Shown here: positions 14,331-27,610 of the stretch, piece after piece | How the letters are laid out: each line of letters opens with the position of its first letter | How positions within the stretch are numbered: position 1 is the stretch's first letter | Origin: the human T2T-CHM13v2.0 reference genome, Homo sapiens | Length of the DNA: 64,000 nucleotides | Direction: 5' to 3' (one strand) | NCBI RefSeq assembly: GCF_009914755.1 | Contig: NC_060947.1 | Position numbers and translations under genes: made by a program | The notes under the pieces: model-generated | What the model was told of the DNA's origin: nothing | What the model saw: the letters and a program-made list of their open reading frames with translations, nothing else | Databases searched by the model: none

Positions 14331-15962
14331 GACATTTAGAAAATTAAGATGAACAAAATATATCTTAAGTTTGAGATTGTTATTATTTCATCATCCATGA
14401 AGATTAGGGTTTCTGATAGATGAAGGAAACGATAATGGAATAAACAGAGTGTCTTGCCTTCAGGGTTGCTAACTGAACCCATTGATGGAGGTCACTTTGG
14501 TTTGTTGCTGGCAATGTTAACAATTGCTTCAAATTAGCACTTCTTTGCTGGGTTGCTCTACATTCAAATCCAGTTGTGGTGTGGCCACCACAAACAAGAT
14601 TCTTGGCCACACAAAGAATGTGTCTACAAAATGGTAAAACAACTGAATTTGTTTAAATTAACAAAACCATATACTCAGAGGAAGGAAAAATCAAAACAGC
14701 TACACCCAAAGTAATTCACTCGGATGGGTGGTTCATGAAATGCACCCATTCATTAAATCAACATGTTAGCAGCCTCAAGTGGACTCTGTGAGAGACTCAA
14801 CTGCAATGCAATATTCCTGAATAAATCAAGAGACCATAAAAGACACTTTTTTTTGGCCCATCATTAGCAAACGTTTTCTGAGTGCTCACTGTGGTTCTGC
14901 CATCCTGCTAAAACTCTGGGGATGTGATACCACCTTTATAATTGCAAATGTCATTATGTTGAGTGTTCTTAATTCCACCAATGACATTGAATGGAAATTA
15001 GAAAAACATCCACTGATTCAGGCAAAGTTGATAAAACTACAACTTCTCATATACAGTAAAGGTCTGGCAGATGTAACAATTTATAAGGTAGAATAAGTTG
15101 TGTTCAATGGATCTCAACCATGGCTACACATTATATTTGATCGAAACAGAATTTCTGGAGGTGGCACCTGGCCATCGATATTTATAAAAGCTTCCCCAGG
15201 GGATTCAAAAACATAGCAAGAGTTGGAGCCAATGCTTAGACCAAGTAAATCAGAAACTAGGTAGAATGGAACCCAGGCAAAAATATTATTTAAAAGCTAC
15301 ACGAATGGTTCAAAAATATAGTCTATGTTGAGAAACACTGCTTCTAAATTGATGTTATAAATGAAGCCAGAGGCGACACTTCAGTAAGCATTATGTAAAG
15401 AGACTCAATACCACCTGTCCTTATCTTGTGCAGTTTTGTTAGCAAATTATCACAAGGTAGTATTCTACCATGTTATGGTTTCAGACGTTTCATGTAAATT
15501 ATATCTATATCTCCATGTGCTCTATTTACAACATTTCATTTGATTCCAACAACAATCCTATACAGAATGTAATATTATCCCCATTTTACACAGGAGGGTA
15601 ATAAGGCTTGACAGAGATTCAGCATCAATCCCTCAGTTTCACAAAGTCAAGATTCCACAGTCTATATAGTCATATCGTGCTCTATGTGCCTGAAAGCAGT
15701 GTACCAATCAAAGAATGTTTTCTAAGTATCTATTATGAGCTAAATTCTCTTCTAGGCACTGAGGAGATGGAGAATAACTATAAGATAGGGTCTTCTGTAG
15801 GATACAGCTTACAGTCTAGCTGAGAAGCTAGTATCACATGGCCAAGTTTGGAGGATTTTGCAGGAAGATTTCTGAATTGGTAGGAGATTGGTCCTGACTG
15901 GATTCCTTCCAAGATTTTTCTCTATGACACAAATTTTGCTGGAGAATAAAGGTAAAATTATT

Positions 15963-16461
15963 TGTGTAGGAAGCAGAATAATGCCCCCCAAAATATGTCC
16001 ACATCCAAATCTCAAGAATATGTGAATATGTTATGCTACCTGGCAAAGAGGAGTTAAAGTTGCAGATGGGATTAATGTTGCTAATCATATGCTGTTAAAA
16101 TAAGGAGATTGTCCTGAATTATGTATATGGGACTAATATCATCACAGGAGCAACTTAAATGTGGAACAGGGAGGCAGAAGGGTCAGTGTCAGAGTGATGT
16201 GATATGAGAAAGACTCACCAGGCCATTTCTGGCTTTGAAGATGGAGGAAGGAAACATGAGCCAAGGAATGTGGGCAGCCTCTAGAAAATGGAAAAGTCAA
16301 GAAAAATGATTCTCCCCTACAGTCACCAGGTACCATGATTTTAGCCCAGTGAGACCCATTTCAGACTTCTGACCTCTGGAAGTGTAAGATAATAAATTTG
16401 TGTTGTTTTAAGCGACTAAGTTTGTGATTATTTATTATAGCAGCAACAGGGAACCAATACA
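15963..16461 (+). mobile_element. MaLR LTR (MLT1C/D-like)
   Basis: GCAGAATAATGCCCCCCAAAATATGTCCAC...GTAAGATAATAAATTTGTGTTGTTTTAAGC...CCAATACA. Confidence 0.88.
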
Positions 16462-16657
16462 ATGTCTTCCCAATTTTTGAAGAGGGAAATAGAAGGCTCA
16501 AAAAGGAGAAATTTTGTAGTTTTTACCCAAGCTATCATATCTGTAGTCCCAAATCTTGATCCCTTTCTCAGGCCTACTAAATGAGAATCTGCCTTTCAAC
16601 AAGGTCCTGGCCTAGTCATGTGATTTCTAGCAAGCTCCCAGGTGCTGGTGGTCCCCA

Positions 16658-16850
16658 ACAGTTCTCCGATTTAAGCATTAAAGTTCATCAGAATCATGGG
16701 GAAGCTTGTTAAAATAACACAGATTGCTGGGCCCTACCCCAAAAGTTTCAGATTCAGTAGGTGTGGGAGGGGGCTGACAATGTGCATTTCTAACAAGTTC
16801 CCAGGTGATACCAATGCTGCTGGTCCAGCCACCACATTTTGAGAGCCATT
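16658..16850 (+). mobile_element. MER5A
   Basis: CATCAGAATCA...CAGATTGCTGGGCCCTACCCC...TTTCTAACAAGTTCCCAGGTGAT. Confidence 0.85.
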
Positions 16851-17237
16851 GCTTTAGATGACACTAATAAACATGTAAGAGGAAAGAAGTGGCACTTATC
16901 ATTCAACTAATATCCATGATAGGACCTCATTATTAACTGACATTTTATAGCAGGTGAGTGATCTGTTTAACAGTCTGTACTTTATGTACTTGCTCTGTGA
17001 AAAAGGCACCACATAGCCCCAGGGTTTTGGGCAACACTTGTGGGCAAAAATAGCCACATCTTTGGAACACCAAAGTATCAAATCCATAGATGTATTTCCC
17101 CAAATCCCAAAAACACATTTTCATGTGTATCTATATTTTCTCCTTGCAGCATTCCATATGGCACAACTGGCAACTGTGGATATTGACATGCTCCACATCT
17201 CATAAGACAACCTGAGGCACTGGGAATTTCCTTGAAC

Positions 17238-17453
17238 AAGATTTCCCAACTTCAATGCTACTGACATTTGGGGTTGGATAATTCTTTATTTGGGGGGCTT
17301 TCCTGTGCATTGTAGAATATTTAACAGCATCTCTGGCCTCTACCCACTAGATGCCAGGAACATCCGTATCCTCCAATTGTGACAACCAAAAATGCTTCCA
17401 AATATTATAAAATGTACCCTGAAGGGCACAATCATTCCTGGTTGAGGCCCACT
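17238..17453 (-). mobile_element. MER20
   Basis: CTGACATTTGGGGTTGGATAATTC...GTGACAACCAAAAATG. Confidence 0.85.
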
Positions 17454-18694
17454 AGTTTATCTGATTCTCATGCATATTTTTATGTAGATATAATAGATCT
17501 GGAAAGAGATTATTGAGTCCCACAGCACACCTTGGACAGGACATAAGATTCCTGAGTTGCTGTTTGGTCAGATAATGAATTCGAGCTGATCCATATCATG
17601 TTGAGCCTTCTGTAAGCTACTGAGTGGGGAACAGATCTTTCCAGATGAACAACCACACAGATTGTTTTTTTTTTTTTTTCCAAACATTTTGCTCTTACTC
17701 AATTTTACAGCCGATCTGTGAGACCCAAACTCCCTCAGATGTTCTGTCTATTCCCCATCCTAAATGTCAGGATGGGAGAACAGGTTAAAGGGGAAAATCT
17801 TAAAAATATGCATATTTAAAATTTTAAAAACATCTTTGGAACATGTATTTTAAAATAAATGTAAGTCAGCTTGAGTTTAAGGGCCTCAGTAATATCCCTG
17901 ATAAAAACAAGAGCTACATTCTGTAATTGCTATAGTCCATGATAAATAAAAAGGAAATATACATTTTGTACTTACAGAGAAGCCACTGTATAATGACAAC
18001 CTACTTGTAAACACAATCTGGGTTTACTAACTTGCATCTGATAACAATGCCATACACAGGGCATCAAGTCCTAGAGGGTCAAGGCTGCGCAGTCTAAGGC
18101 AGTTTGAGAGAACACTTCCTTTAAACTGAGAACAACAAAGATACCAGTTATTACCTCAATCACTTTGTGATTCCCACTCTGAGCAGGACAGATCCTAAGA
18201 ACTAGAAAGGACCACAGTCATGATTTCTTTAGCCCGTTTATTTACAAATGGATTTACCAGGGAGGATGACAGCTTCCTTCACTTACACAATTCTGAAAAG
18301 AAAAGAGGTCACACTTATATTTTCTGAAATGTACATATTTCTAAAGTCCACAAGCTTCCTCTTTTTAGTCCATTCCTGAGACTAAATTAGATTAGTAGGG
18401 TATGATCAAATTGTGATTGCCCACTTGTTTTCGTTAGCTACGGTATAAATCAAATTTCATGCTTCCTTTTGCTGCTCAAGGGGTGTTTATAGTCTGCAGA
18501 GTAATGTTAAAGCTGACTTAAGTAAGGCTCTTTGAGAACCATTAATTCTTACTGTTGTAACATAAAACAGCCCAAATCCAAATTTAGACACTTTTTGAAT
18601 TATTGACACCATGATTCCAGTCCTTTATAAGGAAGGTAAAGACCACTGGCATATACTATTGAATTTTATTTTAAAATAACAATTTCTATCTTTT

Positions 18695-18799
18695 AAAATG
18701 TCTTTTTATTTCCATAGGTTTTTGGGGAACAGGTGATATTTGGTTACATGAATAAGTTCTTTAGTGGTGATTTGTGAGATTTTGGTGCACCCATCACCC
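18695..18799 (-). mobile_element. L1PB 3'-end fragment
   Basis: TTTTGGGGAACAGGTG...GATTTTGGTGCACCCATCACCC; TSD TCTATCTTTT at 18685 and 18800. Confidence 0.8.
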
Positions 18800-19074
18800 T
18801 CTATCTTTTTTAGTGACCGAAAAAATGAGTGTTTTTCCCCACCAGCTATTGTTTGAACAATAACTTCATCTAAATAACAGTTGTGCCTCTTGCCCCTAGT
18901 CATCTCTTTCCTATTTGCTAAAATGAATCACAGAGTTTTGGAACTTGGGGTACAAACTTTGGACCTTCACAGACCCTGAAATAGTTGTCTTTCCACAACA
19001 GCACCCTGGGTCCAGGCACCCACCTCACTTTATACACCCCTACACCCAGCTCAGTTCTTAGGTAACTGTAAATC

Positions 19075-19280
19075 TGTGGGTTTCAACTAGGGGCGAATTT
19101 GCCCCCTCACTCCCCCATCAAACATATGCGATGTCCGGAGACACTTTTGGTTAGTCACAACTTAAGAGCGAGGGTTGTTGCTGCTAACACCTAGAAGGTA
19201 GAGGCCAGGGATGCTGCTAAACATCCCTCAGCAAATAATTATCTGGCCCCAAATGCCAAGAGTGCTAACACCGACAAACC
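19075..19280 (+). mobile_element. MER20
   Basis: GAGGCCAGGGATGCTGCTAAACATCC...ATTATCTGGCCCCAAATG. Confidence 0.8.
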
Positions 19281-19314
19281 TTTTTGTAGAGGTTCTCAGA
19301 GACACATTTTCCAA

Positions 19315-19600
19315 CCATATGTTGTATGACTCTATTTCTATGAAATGTACCAAATAAGCAAATCCATAGACACAGGAAATAGATTGGTAGTTGTCTTGTG
19401 CTAAGGGGAGGAGAATGGGAATTCACTGTTACTGGGTATGGGATTTCTTTTCAGGTGATGAAAATGTTCTAGAACTAGACTATGGTGATGGTGGCAAACT
19501 TTGTAAATACATTAAAAATATACTAAAACCCACTCAAGTGTACCCTTTCAACACATGAACTTTATAGCATATAATTATGTATTAAGTTATTAAATCCGTT
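19315..19600 (+). mobile_element. L1M 3' fragment
   Basis: GCAAATCCATAGACACAGGAAATAGATTGGTAGTTG...GGTGATGAAAATGTTCTAGAACTAG. Confidence 0.8.
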
Positions 19601-20989
19601 TTTATAGACCTTTCATTAAATAGCTTTTATTTCTTACTAAACAAGAGCTTATATTGTAGAGCAGTTTTGAATAGCTGTAGGTTTCTCTGGAGAATATTCT
19701 CTGGTAACAGTTTTTGAATGCAACCCTATATTTCACAGGAAAAACATTATGTTCTGTATTTTTAAAGACTTATCTATTTCCAGTTGTTCTTATAATGTTA
19801 TCATTTGATCTGGGGCCCCAAGGTATGCCTCATTCATCTGTGAGCAAGTGGGTGAAGAGTGTCTGAGCCAGGGCCAGAGCCCAGGGGTCTTGCGTCTGCT
19901 CTGACTCTCAATGTGATGTGAAGACAGCCAAGTCATCTGATTGCTTTGTGTTTCTACCTTCTCATTCTTGACACAAGTCTGAGCTTCCAGACGAACTTTC
20001 TTGTAGAAACCCTAGCAAGCAAGGACAGTGGATACAAATGCTCAGTGCTTTGCCACTGCAGAGGGGACACAAGTGGATTTCCCTGTCCAACATTCAGGGT
20101 CTCTCTGTTCCCAACAGCCCATCTGCCATTGCCCTTTTTCTACCTAAAACCTCTGCTGCTGCCTAGCTGGTCTTTTTCTGCACACCAAGCATGCTCTGCC
20201 CATTCCCGTTTCTCTTTCTTCCAATGACTCAGCCCTGTGAGGAAATAGCCTCTATGTCTATCCAAATCCTTCACATCTCCAAAGCCTGAAGCCCCTGGCA
20301 CACAATGAACAATAGAATTATTTTAGGCAAGGAATTCTACATTTAATTGCTAAGATCATGGAAGCATGAGAAGATGTCACCTTTTGGCCTTCAGCTCCTC
20401 TTATGCCCTCCACCTTGCACCACACCAGCAGTGCTGGGTTCCTGCCAGCTAGCTAACACACTGGGCCACTTCCATGCTGGTGCCTTTGTGCTGATCCCAG
20501 AGATGCTCAGGCGAACACCTCACCTTCTTCAAGAAATTGTTTAAAACTGACCACCCTATTGAAACGTGCAACTCAGCACGTCTAATCCTTCTTAGCTGCT
20601 CTACTTTTTCCTTTTCCATAGGCTTTCTCTTCTGCTGTCCTTATTTATTATATCCATTGTTCATAGTTGCTTTCTGTGAGACTGTGAGTAGGAGTCTTTG
20701 TGTGTTTTAATCACTGATGTAAAACATAAACCCAGAATATACCCGGCATGCGGGAGGTGACCAATAAACATTTAAACATGTTAAATGCTTAGAACCATGG
20801 CTGGCAATAAAGGTTAGTTTCATCTTCATCATAGTCGTCATCATCAACTTTATCATCGTGGGGCAACACTTACACTATTGTTCTGTACCATTACACCGTG
20901 TTTAGCCTTTTAATCTATATTTTACATAATGTATAAAGGCTGTACATTTTTTGAGGGCCGATATCATACCATATATAATATGTGTCCTT

Positions 20990-21360
20990 TTAAAAATTAA
21001 GATATAATTCACATACCATAAGATTCACCACTTTAAAGTGTACAATTGAGTGGCTTTTAGTATATTCACAAGATTGTGCAACCATCACCACTGTCTAACT
21101 CCAGAACATTTCTATCATCACAAAAAGAAACCTGGGGCTCATTAGCAGTAACTCCCCATTTCCCCCTTCCCTCAACCCCTGGCAACCATGAATCTACTTT
21201 CTGTTTCTATGGATTTTGCCTATTCTTGGCATTTCCTATACAGTCATACAGTATATGGTATTTTATGACTGGCTTCCTTCACTGAATGTAATGTTTTCAA
21301 GGTTCATCCATGTTGCTGTATGGATCAGTGCTTCATTCCATTTTATGGCTGAACAATATT
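20990..21360 (-). mobile_element. L1MB 3' fragment
   Basis: GATATAATTCACATACCATAAGATTCACCACTTTAAAGTGTACAATT signature. Confidence 0.85.
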
Positions 21361-22203
21361 TTAAAAAACTACTAATCTATGTATGTCTCCACTGAACCTC
21401 AGCAGGAAAGTTGAACTTACTTTGGTATATTTTACCCAATAAACAGGAATAAAAATGCTTGTTTTTACATTACTGTCCTACCTCTTTTAACACAGATGTA
21501 CCATTTTCACTCCTGACAGTTACCAGTTAATTATAATCCAAACAACACACTCTTCAACTGCATATAATTTCCCTTGTTGAAAATTGTTCCACCTGATATT
21601 TAGCAAATGCCTACGGACTTTTCAAATTACAAGCTGTATGAACTCTTGCTGTGAATGTTTATATTATTAAAATATTTCCTACTCATGATTTAAAAGGGCT
21701 CTCTCACTTTAAAAAATCGTGTGTTTTTTTTTGTCTTGGATTTTATGTTGAACCTTTTTTCCCCCTAAGAATGAACATTGGATATACCCAGGGCCTATGC
21801 AAGTAGCACTATCACTTACTCATCTCTCTTGCTGAACATGAGTGAGAAATATCATACTCCAAACTTCTCGTATTTCCCCTGCATTTGTTGCATTCACAGA
21901 TTATTTAAAAGAAATAAATTTAAACCTCGGCTACCCAGAGATTTTCAAGGAGTCCCTAGATAACTACTGTGTTTTGGCGAATATCTCCCCAAATGGAGAG
22001 AAGGGAGAGCAGGGAGGGAGGGAGAAAAAAATTAGAGAAGGGGACTTTAAAAAATCTATTTTTCCACTTAACAATGTATCACCAACATCTTTTTATGTTG
22101 ACAAACGCAGAGTGACATCCTCATCTTGAATGCTATTTGTGCCATAATCGATTTGAACCAGCCCCGCTATTGGTAGACATTTTGTTTTAAATGTTACTTC
22201 ATA

Positions 22204-22500
<297 letters not shown>

Positions 22501-22881
22501 ATTATCTATCATAGTGTATTTGTTTGGAGTATATTATAATTTGAACTAAGAGGTCAGAGCCAAATGTAATGAGACTGTTAGGATAATAGATTCTAGCGCT
22601 TTTACAGCATCTCCCTTTTCAGATACTTATCAGAGGTCATTTGCACAGAAGTCCACAGGAGCAGTTGAGAGCAATGCTGAATTATCCATCTTAGCTATTG
22701 AAAAGGTCCATCTAAATCACTGTAGGATTTCTTTCAGAATCCACATTTTCTATGTTTACAATGTCATGGAAAACTTTTCTACATTTTCATTAATTCATCA
22801 ACACATTTATCTAGCACCTACTTTGTATAAGAGCTTTTTCTAGGTACCAAGGAGCTCCCAAGAAAGTATAAGACACAATAC

Positions 22882-22977
22882 CTGATTTCTAAGGGTTGCG
22901 GTGGGGTCAAAGTTACGATGTGTATCGGAATTCATCGGTGGTTTTGTGCCTAAGATCTGAAGATCATACAACTCCAA
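22882..22977 (-). CDS. ARHGAP6: Candidate alternative in-frame exon of ARHGAP6 (LELYDLQILGTKPPMNSDTHRNFDPTATLRNQ)
   Basis: On - strand: T18 tract (23007-22990), GCTGGGGTAGAG, 96 nt open frame, then CAG|GTATTG donor. The peptide resembles an ARHGAP6 isoform insertion as I recall it (not verified). Confidence 0.6.
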
Positions 22978-25840
22978 CTCTACCCCAGCAAAAAAAAAAA
23001 AAAAAAAGCTATCCTAGAGAATGATGTTTTCTTGTAAGTAAACATCTACAGAGAAAATATTTAAAAGCCAGCTTTGGCTCCAGCTACTTAAGAAGACTCA
23101 CTGTTGAAATTATTCCAGAATATTGGATAACCCTGGGGATGCTTTAAAAGAAGGCTCAAGAGTTGAACTCTTACAGATGATAGGAAAGGCTTTGCAAACT
23201 CATAATACCTGACTTATCCAAAGGCCACCCTCATACCCCGAGTGCTGTTGAAACCCAGGCAGTAAGCCAGTGGAGAGGAACCCCAAAACAAACCAAACAC
23301 CCTCCCAGCAGTCAAAAATAAGTGTCACAAAACCGAAATTCATTTGCTTTTCTCACAGGCGAGGCCCTCCCAGGCCAGCCCCACTTAGAGTGTTCCTTTA
23401 CTTTCAGTTCACGCATACTTTTAACAAGCTTGGGCATATGATTTTCTAGCATACTGTAAATTAGAAGCAGCAAATTAGAAGTGGGGAAGTTGCTAACATA
23501 AGCATTGTGAGAACAGCAAAACGTACTGGGCTGCAAGTCAAGAAAAAGAATACCTACTACAAAAAAATGAGCAAAAGAACTATTTTATGCAGTCAATTTA
23601 TTCATAAATAAAATAATTGCTTATAGGAAAAATATTTCAATTGAAATTTCATTTTCCTCAAAACATTTACCAATTTTTAAGCTGTGTAAGTGGGGCCTAA
23701 ATTAGTGGAAGAGATTTCAAACAGAGATCCATATTTTAATGTCCTATGATTCAGGATATGCAGTAGGGGAAAATCAATTATTTCTATGGAATCGGCCATC
23801 AAAGCTTGTTCAACTGTCCATGGTGAATTAGCGGTAACTCACTATCCAGTGGTCCAGAGGAATTAATGCCACATTAAGGCAGCATCCTGTTGATCATTAT
23901 GGCCAAATATATCATCCTCTCATTCTTAGAAGGTGAGAAAAAGTATAAGATCAATCTTTCTAAAACTACAAGGCTACTAGTAATTCATCATTGACTTCAT
24001 TAGTAGAGATTACCCACAACTTTGTAGAAAAAAAAAATATCCTGAATCCTTTCAGACACTCCAATATATGTAATTATATAAAATGGGGGAAAAAGATTGA
24101 AAGTGAATAAAATGTGATCCACATTTTCCTTCCTCTCCCTTACCACCTTGCTGTACACCCCTGCCAATCCTCCTAAGGTCCATTTTCCAACTTCCTTCAA
24201 AGGGAATCCTTCTTGTCTCTGCTATAAAATTCACCAATAAATATATTCATAAATAAAGCCAAATCCTGGGGACATTTGGCTTTTAGAATCATATTCTATG
24301 TTTCTTTTCATGCATACATTTTACCTGTTATAATCTTCTACTTCCTTCTTTGCAATCTCTCTCTCCCTGATTGGAAGGTCTTACCTTTCTTTGCAATATT
24401 CATCCCTACTGATTTATCCCCAAAGATCATCTTGGAATCTTGTTTATTAGCATTCTTTAAACATTTACTGTATGCCAGCTGACAGGGTTGGGGAGAGTAA
24501 TAAATAGACTTCCATTTCCCCAGAGATGTCACTCATCTACTTTTCACATGAATTCCCTGAGCTAGGTTCTGTTATTATTTCCATTCTACATATCAGGAAA
24601 TTGAGGCTCAGACAGGCTAAGTAATTTGTATATATACGTATAAACATATGTATATATACAAACTTTATAAGTATTACTTGTGTATTCAAAGAGATCCAAG
24701 TATAACATCAACTGTATCTGGGTAGATATTCAGTATCTCCTTTATTGATCTAATATTGATGGACGACTCGTCAGTTAGCTCCTGCCACTAATTACAACTT
24801 TGCTCAATTAGATCAATCTAATCAAATTCCAGAATGAAAGAAAAAGCCCATGTGTTATACCAAGGTAGAGGGGTAAAACACACATGAATTTAATAGGTAG
24901 ATGATCAGAGGTTCTTTTAGAAAGTGAATAGCTTTGGTCATTGCTTAGGGAAAGGGGAGGCTGCTGAGAACATGGAAACAAAGTAGCTAGCCAGACAGTT
25001 AAGAGACTCTGAAAAATAGAGAGGAATTTGGGTTTGCCTGTATGAGAAAGTGGGATTGGGCCAGAAGGATATGGGCAAAGAAGGGCCGCCATACTGAGAG
25101 GCCAAGCTGCTCTGTGAGATGGGAGGCAAAGGACAACATCCCCTGTGACATGAGTTTGCTTGTAAAAAACAAAATTTACTTTAAAATGTGCTGTCTGGTG
25201 TGCACTCCTTGCCTTGTAGTATAGATCATCAGTAAAAGCTTTGCTACTGCAAGAACCTTAAGTTCCTGATTGTTTTTACGGTAGATGGGTTTCAGCATGG
25301 GGCCGAGAAGGGGCTTTGTCCCCTGTTTTGGTGGACACCAGAGGGGTGATAAAGGAGTAGCCAAGGGGAACAGAGAAAAAATACCTTCAATGGAAGCAGA
25401 TAATAGAGCAGTGGTGATCCCAAAATTATAATTCCTCAGAGAGAAACTAGAGAGAGCTTTGGGGTTTTACCCAAATGGGAATTTGAATCAATTTCTCCTG
25501 ATCTGAAAGGGCTGGAAAAATCCTGGAGGATATCCAGATTACACTAGAGAATCTCAACCACCTACCTTGATTTTTGTAAAGAACAACGTTGTTTGCTAGA
25601 ACTGAGGAAAAGGCGATGGCAGAGAAGCTTTTTAAAAATAAATCTGAATATATCAACATGTACAGTCAACTAATTTGCTGACTTCAAAATAGCGTGATGA
25701 AACTCTTTGCCTGTTAAACCTATTATTGCCCATAATGAAAGATTCCATATGCACTAATCACAACATACAGCCTTATGTCTGATCATAGCTTCTAAAAAAT
25801 CATGATACAGGGATTTTTAGTTATACTCAACACATTTTTC

Positions 25841-25886
25841 CTTTAGAAACTGGATTGGTTGTTACAGATGCCATGAATGATATAAA
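25841..25886 (+). promoter_or_regulatory. AMELX: AMELX core promoter: TATA box, inverted CCAAT, probable C/EBP site
   Basis: TATAAA at 25881-25886, ~30 bp upstream of exon 1; ATTGG at 25854-25858; TTTAGAAAC just upstream resembles the C/EBPalpha/NF-Y module described for mouse Amelx. Confidence 0.8.
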
Positions 25887-25911
25887 TTGAGCTTATAGTT
25901 GGAAGAAATCT

Positions 25912-25967
25912 AAAGGATCAAGCATCCCTGAGTTTCAAACAGAAACTTGCACTGAATACATTCAAAG
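25912..25967 (+). other. AMELX: AMELX exon 1 (non-coding, 56 nt)
   Basis: AAAGGATCAAGCATCC...TTCAAAG followed by donor GTATGT at 25968; downstream of the TATA box. Confidence 0.9.
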
Positions 25968-27287
25968 GTATGTGGATTTTATTTATAATTTGATATCCTT
26001 TTTATTGTGCTTATTTCTTTCTCTGCATTTCTTTTAAAAGATATAAATGTATTCTACATTTCTAATACTATATGCCATCAATAGTTACTTTTTAGTTGGC
26101 CCATAATTAAATTAGACTCTGATTACTGAAATGATTTTTAACTTTATAATGCAACAAAGTGCTTGTCTAATTCCAAAGGTCTTTCTTGGCCACATTTCAC
26201 AGTAAAATATTTATTTTAATTAATTATCGATTAAAGTAAAAATAATACATTCACAGGCTGTGATCTACTACTTTGAAAAGCTTTTTATTTAATTACATAA
26301 AATAGAACCATCCATGAAGTGTTTTTTCTCATTAACCCAAACAAACAAACAAACAAAAAACAAATTTAGGAGTTAGAAAACTTTAGTGTACTTTTCATAG
26401 ACAGCATTATCACATGTAATATTCACTTCTTATACAAAATTTAAGGTCTTTCTTCTGACAGTTTTCCCAGTAATTTGTGCCACAAATCAATGTGCACATT
26501 TTAGGAGGACCTGTTTTGCTTAATGTCCCAAGGGTCTTATTTATAGAATAATTACAGTGCAACATCAAACAAAATGAAGATTCCATTGAAAGAAAATGAA
26601 ACCTCTTAGGGAGAAAGTATTCAAAATTCATTGAAGAATCACATAAAATTCGTACCATCCTCTCCTGTTGGTTCAGCCACATCTTTTGCTCCACAATCTG
26701 GAGCTCAGAGATGTTACTGGAGGGTCTTGCCTGAAGTTCTGTAGATAGGAATTTCTGGAACTAAAATCTATCTTGGCAAATTAATATATTTTCTCAAATG
26801 ATTAGTCCTTGTTTTTAACAGTAGCAATGTCCAGGTAGACTGTGCACGAGACATTTCTGTGCCTCCTTGTTCTAAAATTATAAAATACTGTGCACTTTGA
26901 TGATCTTCCCAACCTTTAGAGCCAACTTTATTCCTTTAATCATTAATTATAAATACAATTTAGCTTCTATGACTAAGGGCTGTATAGGCATAGGAAAATG
27001 GCATGCAAAGTCATATGAAGATAGATCATTCATGTCCCTGTAACTTGTTTAGCCCTCAACCTAAATTAAATGCATCTTTATCACTACTGTGACTCCAGAA
27101 ACAATGAAATAGGCTGAGAGCTGGAAATCACATATGACTGAAGTAAATTCACAAACAATGGCTCCATCCTTCTTACTAGCAATAGACTAATGTAGATTAT
27201 GTGTGTTTTATGGAGCATTCATTACATCCATGTTTCAGAAGAGATAAGAAAAGTGGATGTTGACTTACATTTCAGAACCATCAAGAA

Positions 27288-27341
27288 ATGGGGACCTGGA
27301 TTTTATTTGCCTGCCTCCTGGGAGCAGCTTTTGCCATGCCT
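27288..27341 (+). CDS. AMELX: AMELX exon 2 coding part (exon 27276-27341): signal peptide MGTWILFACLLGAAFA + MP
   Basis: Acceptor TTTCAG ending 27275, ATG 27288, donor GTGAGT at 27342; 18 codons. Confidence 0.99.
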
Positions 27342-27459
27342 GTGAGTAAAACACCCCTTGCATAAGTCAGTGTCCAATTTCACAAACTTGGACATAAAAA
27401 TCTGCCCATAGTTGGTGAAATTAGGGTTTAAAACAGTATGAGATCAGATGTCTTCATAT

Positions 27460-27610
27460 GTCTCTGGGTTGAAGAAACACTTCAGGAGCTTGTTTTAAAA
27501 AGGTATATTCTCAAATGCCGCTACCAAAAATTCTGATTTGGTACAGCTGGGGCGGGGCCCAGGACTCTGCATTTTTATAAGCACCCCAGGAGATTCTGTT
27601 GGAACTGTTA
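27460..27610 (+). mobile_element. MER5-family fragment in AMELX intron 2
   Basis: ATTCTGATTTGGTACAGCTGGGGCGGGGCCCAGGACTCTGCATTTTTATAAGCACCCCAGG. Confidence 0.7.

Noticed and set aside
15105-15340. Apparent internal repeat resembling 4760-4860
   Set aside because: Best explained as degraded MER5B-family fragments, not a locus-specific duplication.
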